This document shows, piece after piece, positions 37,100 to 47,901 of a stretch of 47,901 bases of DNA. The DNA is from Phoronis australis (lineage: Eukaryota; Animalia; Phoronida): assembly GCA_002633005.1 (NCBI GenBank), contig NMRA01000146.1, forward strand, positions 1 to 47,901. The letters run 5' to 3'. Position 1 is the first letter of the stretch. Each line of letters starts with the position of its first letter. The notes beneath the pieces are model-generated. The model worked only from the letters and a program-made list of their open reading frames with translations, was not told where the DNA came from and did not search any database. The translations under genes and the position numbers were made by a program.

Positions 37100-37825
37100 G
37101 TTGTTCTAATGGCTATTACAGCAGTGTTGTACAACGCACCACGAGTGTTTGAGTTTCGCGTGATTGACAAAATGGAAGACTGTCTTGCCAACTTAGCTAA
37201 GAACGAGTCAAAGGCAATGGAATACCTTGACGAGTGGAAGAACATGGACAGTCAAATCCTTTGGAACCACACGTCAATAAATCACCTTGTCTTCAAGAAG
37301 AAAATAATTTCAACCGCCCTGTATAAAAATCATTATTATAAGCTGGTGTACATCAGTGTAAGCTATGTCTGCTTCATGTACATTATTCCTATCTCTTTGC
37401 TAGGAGTAATGAATTACCTACTTATCAAAACGTACAGAAAGGCAATTGTTAAAAGCGTGCGAATGATGCCATCCAGTATACGCCACGGAACGACACGGCG
37501 GACAGAACGCAAAGACAAAAACATAACCCGAATGGTCATTGGGCTAGTGTCGCTGTTTCTAGCTTGTGTACTGCCGGACGTCATCAGTCAGTTTCTCATC
37601 ATGATGAAAGCTGACACATTTTACAATACGTTTTCGCAGTTCAGCAATCTCTTTCTTGTAATCAACTCGTCGATGAACTTTATAGTCTACTGTCTCCTTG
37701 CAGGCCGTTTTCGCAAACTCTTGTATCAAACCATGAACTGTTGTAGGTGTGGAAAGCCATCTAAATACCGAGGCATGACACTGAGCAGACAAAAAACATT
37801 CATAACCGAAGCTGCGAACGCGTGA
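37100..37825 (+). CDS. FMRFamide-receptor-like class A GPCR, coding exon 2 (TM4 to stop)
   Basis: Acceptor ttttttgcag|GTT, phase 0. YNAPRVFE (TM4), long ECL2, FMYIIPISLLGVMNYLLI (TM5), FLACVLP (TM6), INSSMNFIVYCLLAGRFRK (TM7/H8) and a NCCRC tail. The spliced product is 407 aa. Confidence 0.95.
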   Translation, partial: VVLMAITAVLYNAPRVFEFRVIDKMEDCLANLAKNESKAMEYLDEWKNMDSQILWNHTSINHLVFKKKIISTALYKNHYYKLVYISVSYVCFMYIIPISLLGVMNYLLIKTYRKAIVKSVRMMPSSIRHGTTRRTERKDKNITRMVIGLVSLFLACVLPDVISQFLIMMKADTFYNTFSQFSNLFLVINSSMNFIVYCLLAGRFRKLLYQTMNCCRCGKPSKYRGMTLSRQKTFITEAANA

Positions 37826-39250
37826 CTCTGCTCGATTGTTTATTCATGAACAACCGCAGGCAGAAGTACAAAGGACGAGCACTATACTATGGAACATGAA
37901 CAGGGTCCTTTGGGAACGCATGCATTAAACGACGCACGTGTGAATCCGGGAGTCGCTGATGGAAGACACTAACAGGACAATGACATATTCAATAGCAAAC
38001 CAACGTTTTGTTTTGAGTATGCGTGCATTGTATATAGGAGCCTTGTAATCATCTGCAATCCATGAATCAGAAAGTCAGGAATGGAATATGCTCAAAGAAA
38101 ATCACGGATTTCATACCAAAACCAACGTGAAAGAATGCACTGTGGGTAACAGACTATAGACAGTGGCAGTGAATTCTGTTTTCACTTCACGAACCAGAGG
38201 TCATCCAGAAAAGAAAAAAAGACATGCAAGCGATTGTCTGTGGCTCGATCTAGAACATAATTTCTCATATAAAGAATCAAAAAGCTGCCCACATAAAATC
38301 AAAATGTACAATATTTCACAAGCAACTAAAACATATCTTGTTATTTTAGGAAATAAAAACGGTGTATACTTAGCTACAAGTTGTTAGCATATATTGGTTA
38401 AACGATTGCTGCTGTGGAGAAAGAAGGTTCGATTCCGCGCCAATGCTAATTTCTAGAAAATTAATTTTCTCATCGAAAACGTCCCTTTACGGAAACTCTT
38501 TCCGCCTCATTTTAGAATAAAAACTCATACATTTAAAACAGATTCTAACGTGTCAACACAATTCCAAATATTTTCAAACTTAACTGAATTCAATCATTGA
38601 AAAAATAATTATTATTTTTTGGTTTATTTTTGACAAGCTTTCGCACGGATAGCAGGCAGTATATGAGAAATAACGAGAGGAAATAGCTTCATATTCAAGT
38701 GTTCATAGCAAGAAATGGATATTTCTTGAAGAGACCCCTTGTTACTGACGGTCGCTCATGAATAGAGCTTCCTCACAATAGTTTCAAAAGAGCTATTGTG
38801 AGTCGGCCACCACACCAGCTGGGGATTACCTGATTGCTGAACGATAAACCGGTGCTTGCAGTAAACGGGACTGTCGTACTTAAGAAATTAGCTCTTTATT
38901 CTTAAGTTCATGTATACCATTAACATTGTCGATCAAAAACATCCCTGTTCGCGATCGAACGGTGAAATTTGACGCACAACTTCCCGACTCATGAAAACAT
39001 TGTACACACGAGAAGCCGTAAATTATTGCGCATGTGATGCAGTCCCATTCGGTTGAAAATAAAATGGTCGGTTAAACCTCAAGAAAACTGAAAATTTTAT
39101 TCTGAAGGTACCTAAAATTTGACCTATTACTTTTTGTGTAACAGGGCCAAGAAACGATTACTTACATGTATTTCGCATTTTATTTAATTGAATGAGAACT
39201 ATTTACTTGCTCATTGACAACCGACTGTAGTGCGCAGACGACAAGTGACC

Positions 39251-39797
39251 CTCGCTGGTTCCCTGCGTGCCGCTAGGTGGGGCGCTAACCGCGCCAGCAC
39301 GCAGGTTAATTTTCCTCGAGAAATCTTTTTACATCAGCGTTTCTGATTGGCTATTCGAATTCTCAACAGGTAGCGCTTTACGCAAACAAAATGGCATGAC
39401 TGATGGACTGAAGTGAAAATGTGGTCTGTTGTACAGACAAATCGGTGCTTAAAAATTATGTTCAGGAAATGTGAAGCCTAGAAATAATGTTTACGATAGT
39501 GTCCTGTATTCATACAGTATGAATACCACACCGGTTAAATAAGCCAAATATGTGTTTATTGTACACGTACATGTATGTGCTTCAAGCACGCGGCTATTAA
39601 ACATCACTGCAGCAACGGAATAGTTGCTGTGGCGCCACTTGCATTACAAGGTTAAAAATCGTTCACACGACGCCATTTTTTCACGGTGTTGTAAAACTAA
39701 CAGATGACTGCCGAGGCTACATCGACCAACGCTAAAGCGCGTGCCACTGCGCGATACCTGCATGTAAGCTGGGCTAAGCACGCGGGGAACCAGCGAG
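39251..39797. mobile_element. MITE with 9-bp TSD (Mutator/MULE-like), 547 bp
   Basis: TIR CTCGCTGGTTCCCTGCGTGC / GCACGCGGGGAACCAGCGAG. Flanks CAAGTGACC and CAAGTGATC are a 9-bp duplication with one mismatch. Confidence 0.8.
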
Positions 39798-39967
39798 CAA
39801 GTGATCATGCAGCGCTCCACTTGGATTGCTACTAATTCTCACGTGGCAACGGTGCAGCACTGCGCACGTGCAAGCTTCACGTATTCGCCCTAATAAGCGC
39901 CCATGACCCTATAAGCGCCGCCCTGTCAGCCATATTTACTTCAGTTCGAAAACCCTTTTCAAAGACA

Positions 39968-40620
39968 GATTAGCAAGTAATGGCTGGCCAGATGACAAGG
40001 GTCTTCAACCAGACATAGGTGGGATTATGAAAGGAACCACGTTGCAAAACGATAGGAGGGCTGACCTACGGTGATAATGACAATGACTGAGTTCCTATTG
40101 ACTATATGGTTGTCAAATCTTGACATAAATGCTTACCAGATAACTTATCTTAGTCACCATGGAAGAGAAGCGGTATGTATTCAAGCTGATCGGATGGGAA
40201 AGCTGAGTGGTTAATACCACCCGCCGGCCAGCTGCCAGCATATGTGCCGACAATTGTCCCTTAATTTGATCACGTGCATTTTGATATGAATTCCACAAAA
40301 AACTTGACTTCCAAACTGGTAGGAGTTATCATATGATTATGACTCCCTTTTCCACAGCATTAATTTAGTCAGCATATGGGGTTTTATTAGAATGTTGTTT
40401 TTGCTGGTTTGGTCGAATCGTTCTCAATAAGAAATGAACTCAAAGTTGGAGGTAAAGGCATTACAAAACGTTCGACTTGCAACGCAATCAGTACACAAGT
40501 ACACCCTTCCGTTGTTAGAGCGACCAAGAGCCGCAGGGCTAGTCTCTGTCCGTGAGTCACGACTTTTCGGACGACCTGTATCTGACTTGGTTCCAAGGCC
40601 ACCAAGCCAATTTTCTGAAG
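39968..40620 (+). mobile_element. very decayed Gypsy-like pol (integrase region) relic
   Basis: Fragments NGWPDDK, SHHGRE...CQHMC and KALQNVR...LPLLE...RLFGRPVSDLVP appear in the order expected for a Gypsy integrase. Many stops and frameshifts. Confidence 0.4.
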
Positions 40621-41469
40621 GTACTCCATACTGGTTGACATTTCACTTCGGAGAAATATATCTTGTAGCATCTTCTGAGGAAGGTCTTGTCTGCACTGTA
40701 GTGTTACAGTAACAGTTTCCATGAAAGCCGCATGATGACATAGCATCATCGCACTTGGCGATCAATGGAGCTATCATAATTTCACAGGGGACTGGGTCTC
40801 TGACAGAATTGGCTCCTAATGACATATGCATGGGGTTATAGAATCCGCTTACTGGAAATCAAATTTCCCTTAATTGTTGATCAATATAAATGGCCAGAAA
40901 TGAGAGAGTACGAATTTCAGCATCAGCAGTTTCACATGACTTCCTCTATTGATTATAGAGTTGTGATGCGAGCATCAAATCAAAAATGGAGATGAAACAC
41001 TTCCTGATTCAGACAATTTACGTACTCATAATTAATCATCACAGATTGTTATATTTTATTTGCACTAAGCTAGATTGGTGTTATCAAAGCGTTCATCGTT
41101 AGTGTTAGCAGCAGAATTTGCTTACAATACTCCCAGGTGATTGCGGTTATTACAAATGAACTGAACTCGTTAGGTAAACGCATTAGTAAACTTCATGCAA
41201 GACCAAAAACACACCAGGATGAGTCAAAATGTACTGAAACACAGGACCGGATTAAACAATTGCGGGGTCCGTACTAGCACTGGTCGAAGGGCAGAGTATT
41301 TACTCAAATGTTCATACGATTACCTCAAAGCTAAGGCAATATTAGTGTAATTTTCACATTCCAGAAAAAAGATTGAGATGGCTTCTACACCGACTTAACG
41401 AATTTTGGAACATACTTAGGGGCACCGCAAACGATAAGATACAGGCGACTTGGTTGCGCTGTCTGTTTC

Positions 41470-41987
41470 ACTTGCTGTGAATAATACACTTTCAAGGAAG
41501 ATTCGTATGTCTATAGATATGCAGAAATTTTCACCGCTGGTCCTCCTGAGCGGCTTTTACCTGGATCAAACAGAGCGCGGCGCCACAGTAGACACAGTTA
41601 TAATGACCGCGTTGTCCAGTGCAAGCAACACCCAATAAGGTGTAATTACCCGGCCATTAACTGTAGCAAACATCTCTACCTGAACATTCTGGAGAATTTT
41701 CAAAACACATAAACCAATAATTTAAGTTAAAAAACATCACGGTGCTATTCATCTGGAAAAAAACAGCTAAGTATGGCTTTTAATATTTTTAAAGTCGGTG
41801 AATTAATCAGCTAATAACTACAAGCATGGGTTACGATTGAACATAAACAACTGTGTGTATTGATATACTATGGTGATTTACGAACGCTGATCATAATTAA
41901 CAATATGACATGGATTACTCTTTTAGTACATAACTAAGCTACATTACAACACACACGGTGACCAAAATAAATGTTAAATGGTTTTAA
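41470..41987 (+). repeat. dispersed repeat, copy 2 (of 5075-5625), interrupted at a TTAA
   Basis: Colinear with copy 1 up to TTTTAA. The missing tail (TTAAA...GGCCCAGTGC) reappears at about 42916-42934. Confidence 0.75.
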
Positions 41988-42590
41988 AGGAAAAATCAAC
42001 CTTTTTCATGGCATTTTTAGTAAGGTGGTTTGTTGATTGTTCCAGACACATTTTTAGTTAACAACAGTTTTCCGTAATTTTATTAATTAGTTGTGCCTTA
42101 CTCCGGATGTATTCATTATCGCCACATGCGCACTTTGAGTATGCCAGATTATTTCGCTTTCCGAAAGATGACACACTCCGCCGTACCTGGTTCGTCCATG
42201 TGATGAACGCAGCCTTACCCGTCCACGCAACTTACAAAGCAGGACATTACATTCGAATGTGTGGCGAGCATTTTCTGCCGTCAGATTACGAAAGAGGTTT
42301 GCAGATTTGATGGAGGTTCCAGCAAAACAACGCTGTTGATACCCGGCAGTGCGTCGCCAACCCCAAGCATTGCATTTTTGAAGAGAGAAGCCTCGCGACT
42401 TGTGGCCTTTACAGCTGATTGGAGCCCCTCCACCTAATGTCACCCGTACCTCCTCACTCCGTGAGGACAGTTTGTTGGCCAGTGAAAAGGCCGATGAGGC
42501 AAACTTTGAAAAGTTTAATGTGGACCTATTTACAGGGTGCCAGGTGTGTGGCAAGGGAGTCACACGGCGAGATGTAAGCGCAGTGTTCTC
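41988..42590 (+). mobile_element. second copy of the Kolobok-type THAP family (relative of 21657-22833), right end not recognisable
   Basis: TTAA|AGGAAAAATCAACCTTTTTCATG. THAP LFRFPKDDTLRRTWFVHV...IRMCGEHFLPSDY, followed by DLFTGCQVCGKGVTRRDVS. Confidence 0.85.
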
Positions 42591-45275
42591 CATGACCGCT
42601 AAATGTGTCGTAGCGTCGTTTGGCCGAACGCACGTCAAGTTCAAAACTCCTGCAAAGGGTTAAAAATTAAAGACCAGTTTGTAAGGCGTCGTCATTGTTA
42701 ACAAGGCTCAAAGTACGCTTGATTGCAACTGGCCTCAGCCCACTGAAACTGAATAAAGGCTAAGTGGTCAGTTTTTGAAAGCGTAATCACCGATCTCACT
42801 CAAGCGGCAGACCTAGTGGCTAGTCTATGTATGGTGTAGGCCTCACGCTGCTTGTACATAACCGCTCAATCATCTTTTCAATTCAGCTTGAATAACTAGT
42901 CATTGTCAATTGAATTTAAACAACGGCCCAGTGCCACCTATATGCCTACTCCACAACCTGCTCACTGGAGTTTGGGTCCAGGACAAACGTCGCTGATCAT
43001 TAGGCTTTTTGTGTTCGTCGGACAACTGATCATATAAACCATTCAAATTACGATGACTCGGTGGATAGTTCTGCGAAGTCTAAGTAGTCAGCAAAAAACA
43101 CCGTTGCACAGGAGTTTATACAGTCTTTTGGGTGGCCGGTTTTTTAATTTCGTAGCACATTTTTCAATATTCCGTGGGCCCCACGACACTGGTCTGACTT
43201 GCCGACAACAGTCTCAACAAACCTTTGCAAAACGTTGTTGGTTTTTTTTTATTGGTTGTCCGTGCATTTCTCACGAATATTATTGGTTACTTTTGGTACC
43301 ACCGGCCCATGGACTGAGCTCATCTTATTGTCTTATAAGTTTCGTTGTTAGCTTAAACATTATATCTGTGGTGCCTACTCCCTCTGAAAATCTGCCAAGC
43401 CGTTCGCAAGTTCAACTTTCTGTAGCAGCCGTGCACGACTTTTGCGGTATCGGGGATGTAATTCTGAGTAACGGGACATCTAGTGACGTCACTTGGAAAA
43501 GTTCAATAAGTACACCTCGCGGTGAGATCATGCTCTCATTGCAAGCACACTAGTCGGTGAGCCAGATCTCATAGCGTTCATCCTTGTGAGTACTTTGGGG
43601 GGCAACCTAGTTTTTTCTATGTGGCTAGATAATATACCTACATGTATAAATCAAATTCCAAAAAGTTCCCACGTCTACACTTGCACATTTTTTTTTAAAA
43701 AGGTGTTTTTGTTGCACAAACTATGATGCACATTCCTGCCACTTGATGGCGCTTTTCTATTGAGTTGACCAATCAGAGAGCCAGATTGTATTGTTGTGCT
43801 TAGTTACTTCAATATGGCTGCTCCCATGGAGTGTGATGCCTGTATAATTAAAGGTTTATCAAACAGCACAAAATTGTGATGTCAGAGCCTAAAGAAGCTT
43901 AGGAAAGCTTCCTGACGAAAGCTTGTTGAATGTGGAACTCTGTAGATCAGTAAATGAAAAAGAAGAATAGGTGTCACAAACGTTTGTGCAGAAAACAGCT
44001 GCATGTCCTGGTAGCCTACACAGTATACTGCTGAGTGCAGTAGACTAGAAGACCAAGTGTCAAACCAAATAATTGAAAGGACATAGAACGGCATAGCAAC
44101 GTTTCAAGGCACCAACAGTAGTACTAAAGCTGAAGTTGCTGAAAGTGATACAGATGTTATCCAATATTTCCCAAGGAAATCAATTATACTTCCAAAATCT
44201 GAAACACTCAACCTGAACAAGATAGGAACATTCTGAAACATGAGTGCATCATTTGTTAGCAGGAAAAGTACATTATGGGCCACATTCCAAGAAAGAGAAA
44301 GAAGTATAGCTTTCAAAAACAGGTACGTGTTTTTTAAAAATACATCTTGGTGTTTTCCGTGTGTGTTTCAGTATTATCACCAGTTGTTTTTTAACTTGTT
44401 CAGCCTCTTGGCTGCCTAGGCCTTAGACAATACTGCTGACCCAGTAGAGACGATGATCATACTATAGGTACTTCATATGCCGGATACTTTTCAGCAAATT
44501 ATGTTCCTATAAGTTTAGAAGTACCACGTAGAGAGATGCCTCTGAGGAGGTCGTTAATGTTTTCATTTGCCAGTTTAAAGTGTAAATTGCAAGGTCTCAA
44601 ACAATCTGAACAACAATATGCTCCAAATTCGTGTTTATAATTATTATTGCTATATTCTTAACATTAACTGAATTGTACGTCGCTATAAAAAGTTATTTAC
44701 NTTCCCAGTTTAAACAAATACTCCTGCAATCCTGTTTTTCGAACACTCCATTCAGTTGCCACATCGACACTGCTTGCACTAAAGGATAATCCTATGGCGT
44801 TATACTGTAGGTGTGATTTTAAAGCACTTTAAGTCAAAAATTTTTGACAAGGTTAAACGGAGTAGATAATTGCAAACAACATGCCCAAGTGGCCGTCATC
44901 CCCTGCCGTAGTCTCAATTTTTTGTAAACATTAATTACTTAGGTAGCAGCTGCAATGATAATTAAATTAAAGTGCCTAAGTGGCCATCGTCGCCGTCGAA
45001 ATTTGAGGACGATGGAAGCCACTGTCCATTTCGTCAAACGTCGATTACCTTAAGTGTAAATCAATTGACTAGGGTTTGAGCATCTGATTTAAAAAAAATT
45101 AAATTTCAATCACTGCACAGGTATGTCAGCTGATTTATTTTCAGTTGCATCAACTGACTTAATTATTAGACGATCAACATTATTAGGCTACAGATCAAAC
45201 GGCATGTAAATTTGTTAGGCTGGTGGTGGATCAGTTCCTGATAAGTCCGTCTGAAAAAGTTGCATGCCAACTCAA

Positions 45276-45486
45276 TTATTATATATGGTTAGGAGAATAA
45301 AAGTAACTTGGTTGCACTTTGTGCAACTTTGAGCATTTTTTATAGTTCAAGAGTGCGGCTTCCGCCACCTTGAATTTCGCCTAATTTCCACACTCTGTAC
45401 ATGATACCGTGTAGGATCATGCAATTCATTGTTTCCAATGTTCAATGGATGAGATTTACCAGAAACAATCTAAAGATTCTTTACTA
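45276..45486 (+). repeat. recent duplication, copy 1
   Basis: Matches 47691-47901 with 3 mismatches in 211 bp (offset 2415). Its full extent is unknown because copy 2 runs off the window. Confidence 0.95.
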
Positions 45487-45617
45487 TACCACAAAAATGA
45501 TACAATTGCATAAATCACCACTAATTAAAAGCCCTGTCCATCAAATTGGTAGCAGCTTAAGCACTAGTCAGGAGACAGTGTCAATTCTTGAACAGTGGTA
45601 ATGAAATTATTACATAC

Positions 45618-45755
45618 TTCAGTCGACGTGATATGGTAGAGGAAGTAACTCCCATTGATTCGGCCATCTCTTGTCGTGTGAAGTTTGACTTTATCATACA
45701 CTCTAAGTGAGATGAGGTTCTGTCAAACTTTGATTGTGCCCAAATATCGTTGCCC
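45618..45755 (-). pseudogene. exon encoding a helix-turn-helix of an IS3EU/IS481-like integrase-core transposase (probably a relic)
   Basis: cattgcag|G ... AA|gtatgt, 138 bp, phase 2-2. SKFDRTSSHLECMIKSNFTRQEMAESMGVTSSTISRRLK fits the LExLxxxxFTxxxIAxxLGVSxxTIxRRL pattern. Confidence 0.6.
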
Positions 45756-47339
45756 CTGCAATGTACATGTGTTTTCACATGTAATACACATAACACACTG
45801 AAATGTTAAACAAAAGAATAGAGAGCTTTGGTATATGGCCAGTTACAGGATACCAAATACAAATATATTCGTAAACAATATCACGCTGAAATGCACACAG
45901 GTGAGTTTTGGTCAAGTAAAACGAGGAACATCTGTATGGAATCATTTTCAAATAGGTTTTTGGTACTAATTATTCAGTAACCAGTCATCCGTAAGTTCTC
46001 TATTNGGCGCATAAAAATGGACGGTTTTGGCAATTATTATGGTATGAAATTAGTGAGATTTTATCGCATTACACGCCAAGAACAGCGTCGGGAAATTTTG
46101 AACTTGTTCAAAATCATTTCAACGTCGTACAACAGTTCTACAACAGATCTATATCGTAACACTGTGGTGCGATGCCTCACATTTGTTATATGATAGTTGT
46201 ACGACTGACATACGATCTTTGGGTTATCCGAGTCTAGAATAGTCCTACAATCGTACTAGACAACCGACAGTCCTCCAAACGTTTTGCCATCACGTACATG
46301 CTCTGGGACCATCGAACATTAAAAATATGACTACATATCATAACATCATTGGATGTCAGGCATAGAATGTCTTGCAACACCTTGGTTTAATGTCGTAGGA
46401 CATTTGTACAACAAATGTGACTGCAAATATGTCAATACAGAAGACTATCGTACAACAGCATTTTTGTTACCCTGCTAGCATCATACCACGAATGTGACAG
46501 GGGCTTAAGCAGCATCTGTATACAGTTGACAGTTCCATTCCATTTTTCAAAGCATTCATGACAATTCTGGTTAAAGAACAAACAGTACCTCCACAATAGA
46601 GAACATAACATGAAAATTCACAGCTTGAGGCTAGATTAAATGCATTTAAAATTACTGCTGTCACATGCATGCATTTTTCTTCTTGACATAAACATCGTAT
46701 GTATGATTTAACATCACATTAAAAGCATTTTGTTCCAGTGTTCTGTTTCAGAAAACATCTTGAGAACCATATTGAAAGTAAACAACAAATTTACAGGGCT
46801 CATTTTTGGAGCACACTACATGCCCTGGGCACAATTTAATTTCATACGACATACTGAAATCTTGTCTCGCACGTCATTTGGTATGTTCGTTTTCCTCAGC
46901 CTGCAACTGAGCACATGTGCCTCCAACATTTAAGTAGAACTTGCTCTGATTATGATGGTCGAACTATTAATGCACATGGTACAATAGTTTTCTCAATGCC
47001 CTTTCAAGACTTAAGATAAAAGTACAATTTTGGTATATTTTTGGACAATTACTCCTATTTTTGCTACTCCCAGAGTTGGGTGGAATAGTGTTTTTTCAAA
47101 AACAAGAAGAGTTGGTCTAAAGTCGGAGCACTATGGTGCATCTGTATGAGGTGACTCGCACGCACATAATTGCGAAGCTTAAGTACATGCACATATATGT
47201 GCGGAACATTTGAGTAGGAAAGTTTGGCAAAAATGCATTGACTTGTTTCACTTGCGCTTATTTGCAGGTTTTTACGGTAATTATAATCCACTGATAAATA
47301 ATTTAGTTGAACTTTGAAGTGCAATTTAACAATACAAAC

Positions 47340-47416
47340 CAACTGTGCCTCCAACAGCTGAGTCTAGTTGTGAGTCCGCAACCTCATTGTATTGTCTTGA
47401 AGACTTGGCATACTCC
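47340..47416 (-). pseudogene. exon of the same transposase-like gene (post-HTH module)
   Basis: Strong acceptor tttcttcgtccttag|G (phase 2). EYAKSSRQYNEVADSQLDSAV resembles the EYGL...YSxISDxELDxxV segment that follows the HTH. Donor position uncertain. Confidence 0.5.
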
Positions 47417-47690
47417 CTAAGGACGAAGAAACATCGACATATTAACGTCGAAGCCTATGCACCATGCTTGGCTTTAGGATACAACTGTCAAGAGTGTGCA
47501 TACTACTTCAAGTGATTGCTTAACAGTTACATAAATACAAAATGTAAAATGTGTCAAATAGGGATAGTAACTGCACTATTACTGTTTAACGGGGTTTGAC
47601 ACAGTTTGCCAAAAAGTTGAAAAGCAGTAGTCTAGTTGCCAAAAAGTTGACCCTGCAAAGTTGTTTACTGTAAAGTTTTCTTTTGGAAAT

Positions 47691-47901
47691 TTATTATATA
47701 TGGTTAGGAGAATAAAAGTAACTTGGTTGCACTTTGTGCAACTTTGAGCATTTTTTATAGTTCAAGATGGCGGCTTCCGCCACCTTGAATTTCGCCTAAT
47801 TTCCACACTCTGTACATGATACCGTGTAGGATCATGCAATTCATGGTTTCCAATGTTCAATGGATGAGATTTACCAGAAACAATCTAAAGATTCTTTACT
47901 A
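47691..47901 (+). repeat. recent duplication, copy 2 (truncated by window end)
   Basis: Near-identical to 45276-45486. Confidence 0.95.

Overview
AT-rich eukaryotic genomic DNA from an invertebrate animal, probably a lophotrochozoan (inferred from the gene families and repeat types). Two spliceosomal exons of an NPR/ANP-receptor-like membrane guanylyl cyclase lie on the minus strand (12341-12173 and 4046-3897). They join in frame and encode the end of the kinase-homology domain and the dimerisation helix. I could not find the neighbouring exons, so everything right of 12341 is probably one intron of more than 35 kb. Inside it, on the opposite strand, is a complete two-exon, 407-aa FMRFamide-receptor-like rhodopsin GPCR (31187-31684 + 37100-37825) with a non-canonical YRF in place of DRY. 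The rest is mostly decayed DNA transposons: an Academ end with a transposase fragment, several Kolobok-type TTAA elements, an ISL2EU-like element whose THAP gene is split by an insert carrying a CpG-rich minisatellite, and Harbinger and MULE-type MITEs. Retroelement relics, an exon-split HTH transposase-like relic next to a recent duplication, and many tandem repeats are also present. There are no prokaryotic systems, CRISPR arrays or recognisable RNA genes. Family assignments come from motif recognition only; no searches were run.
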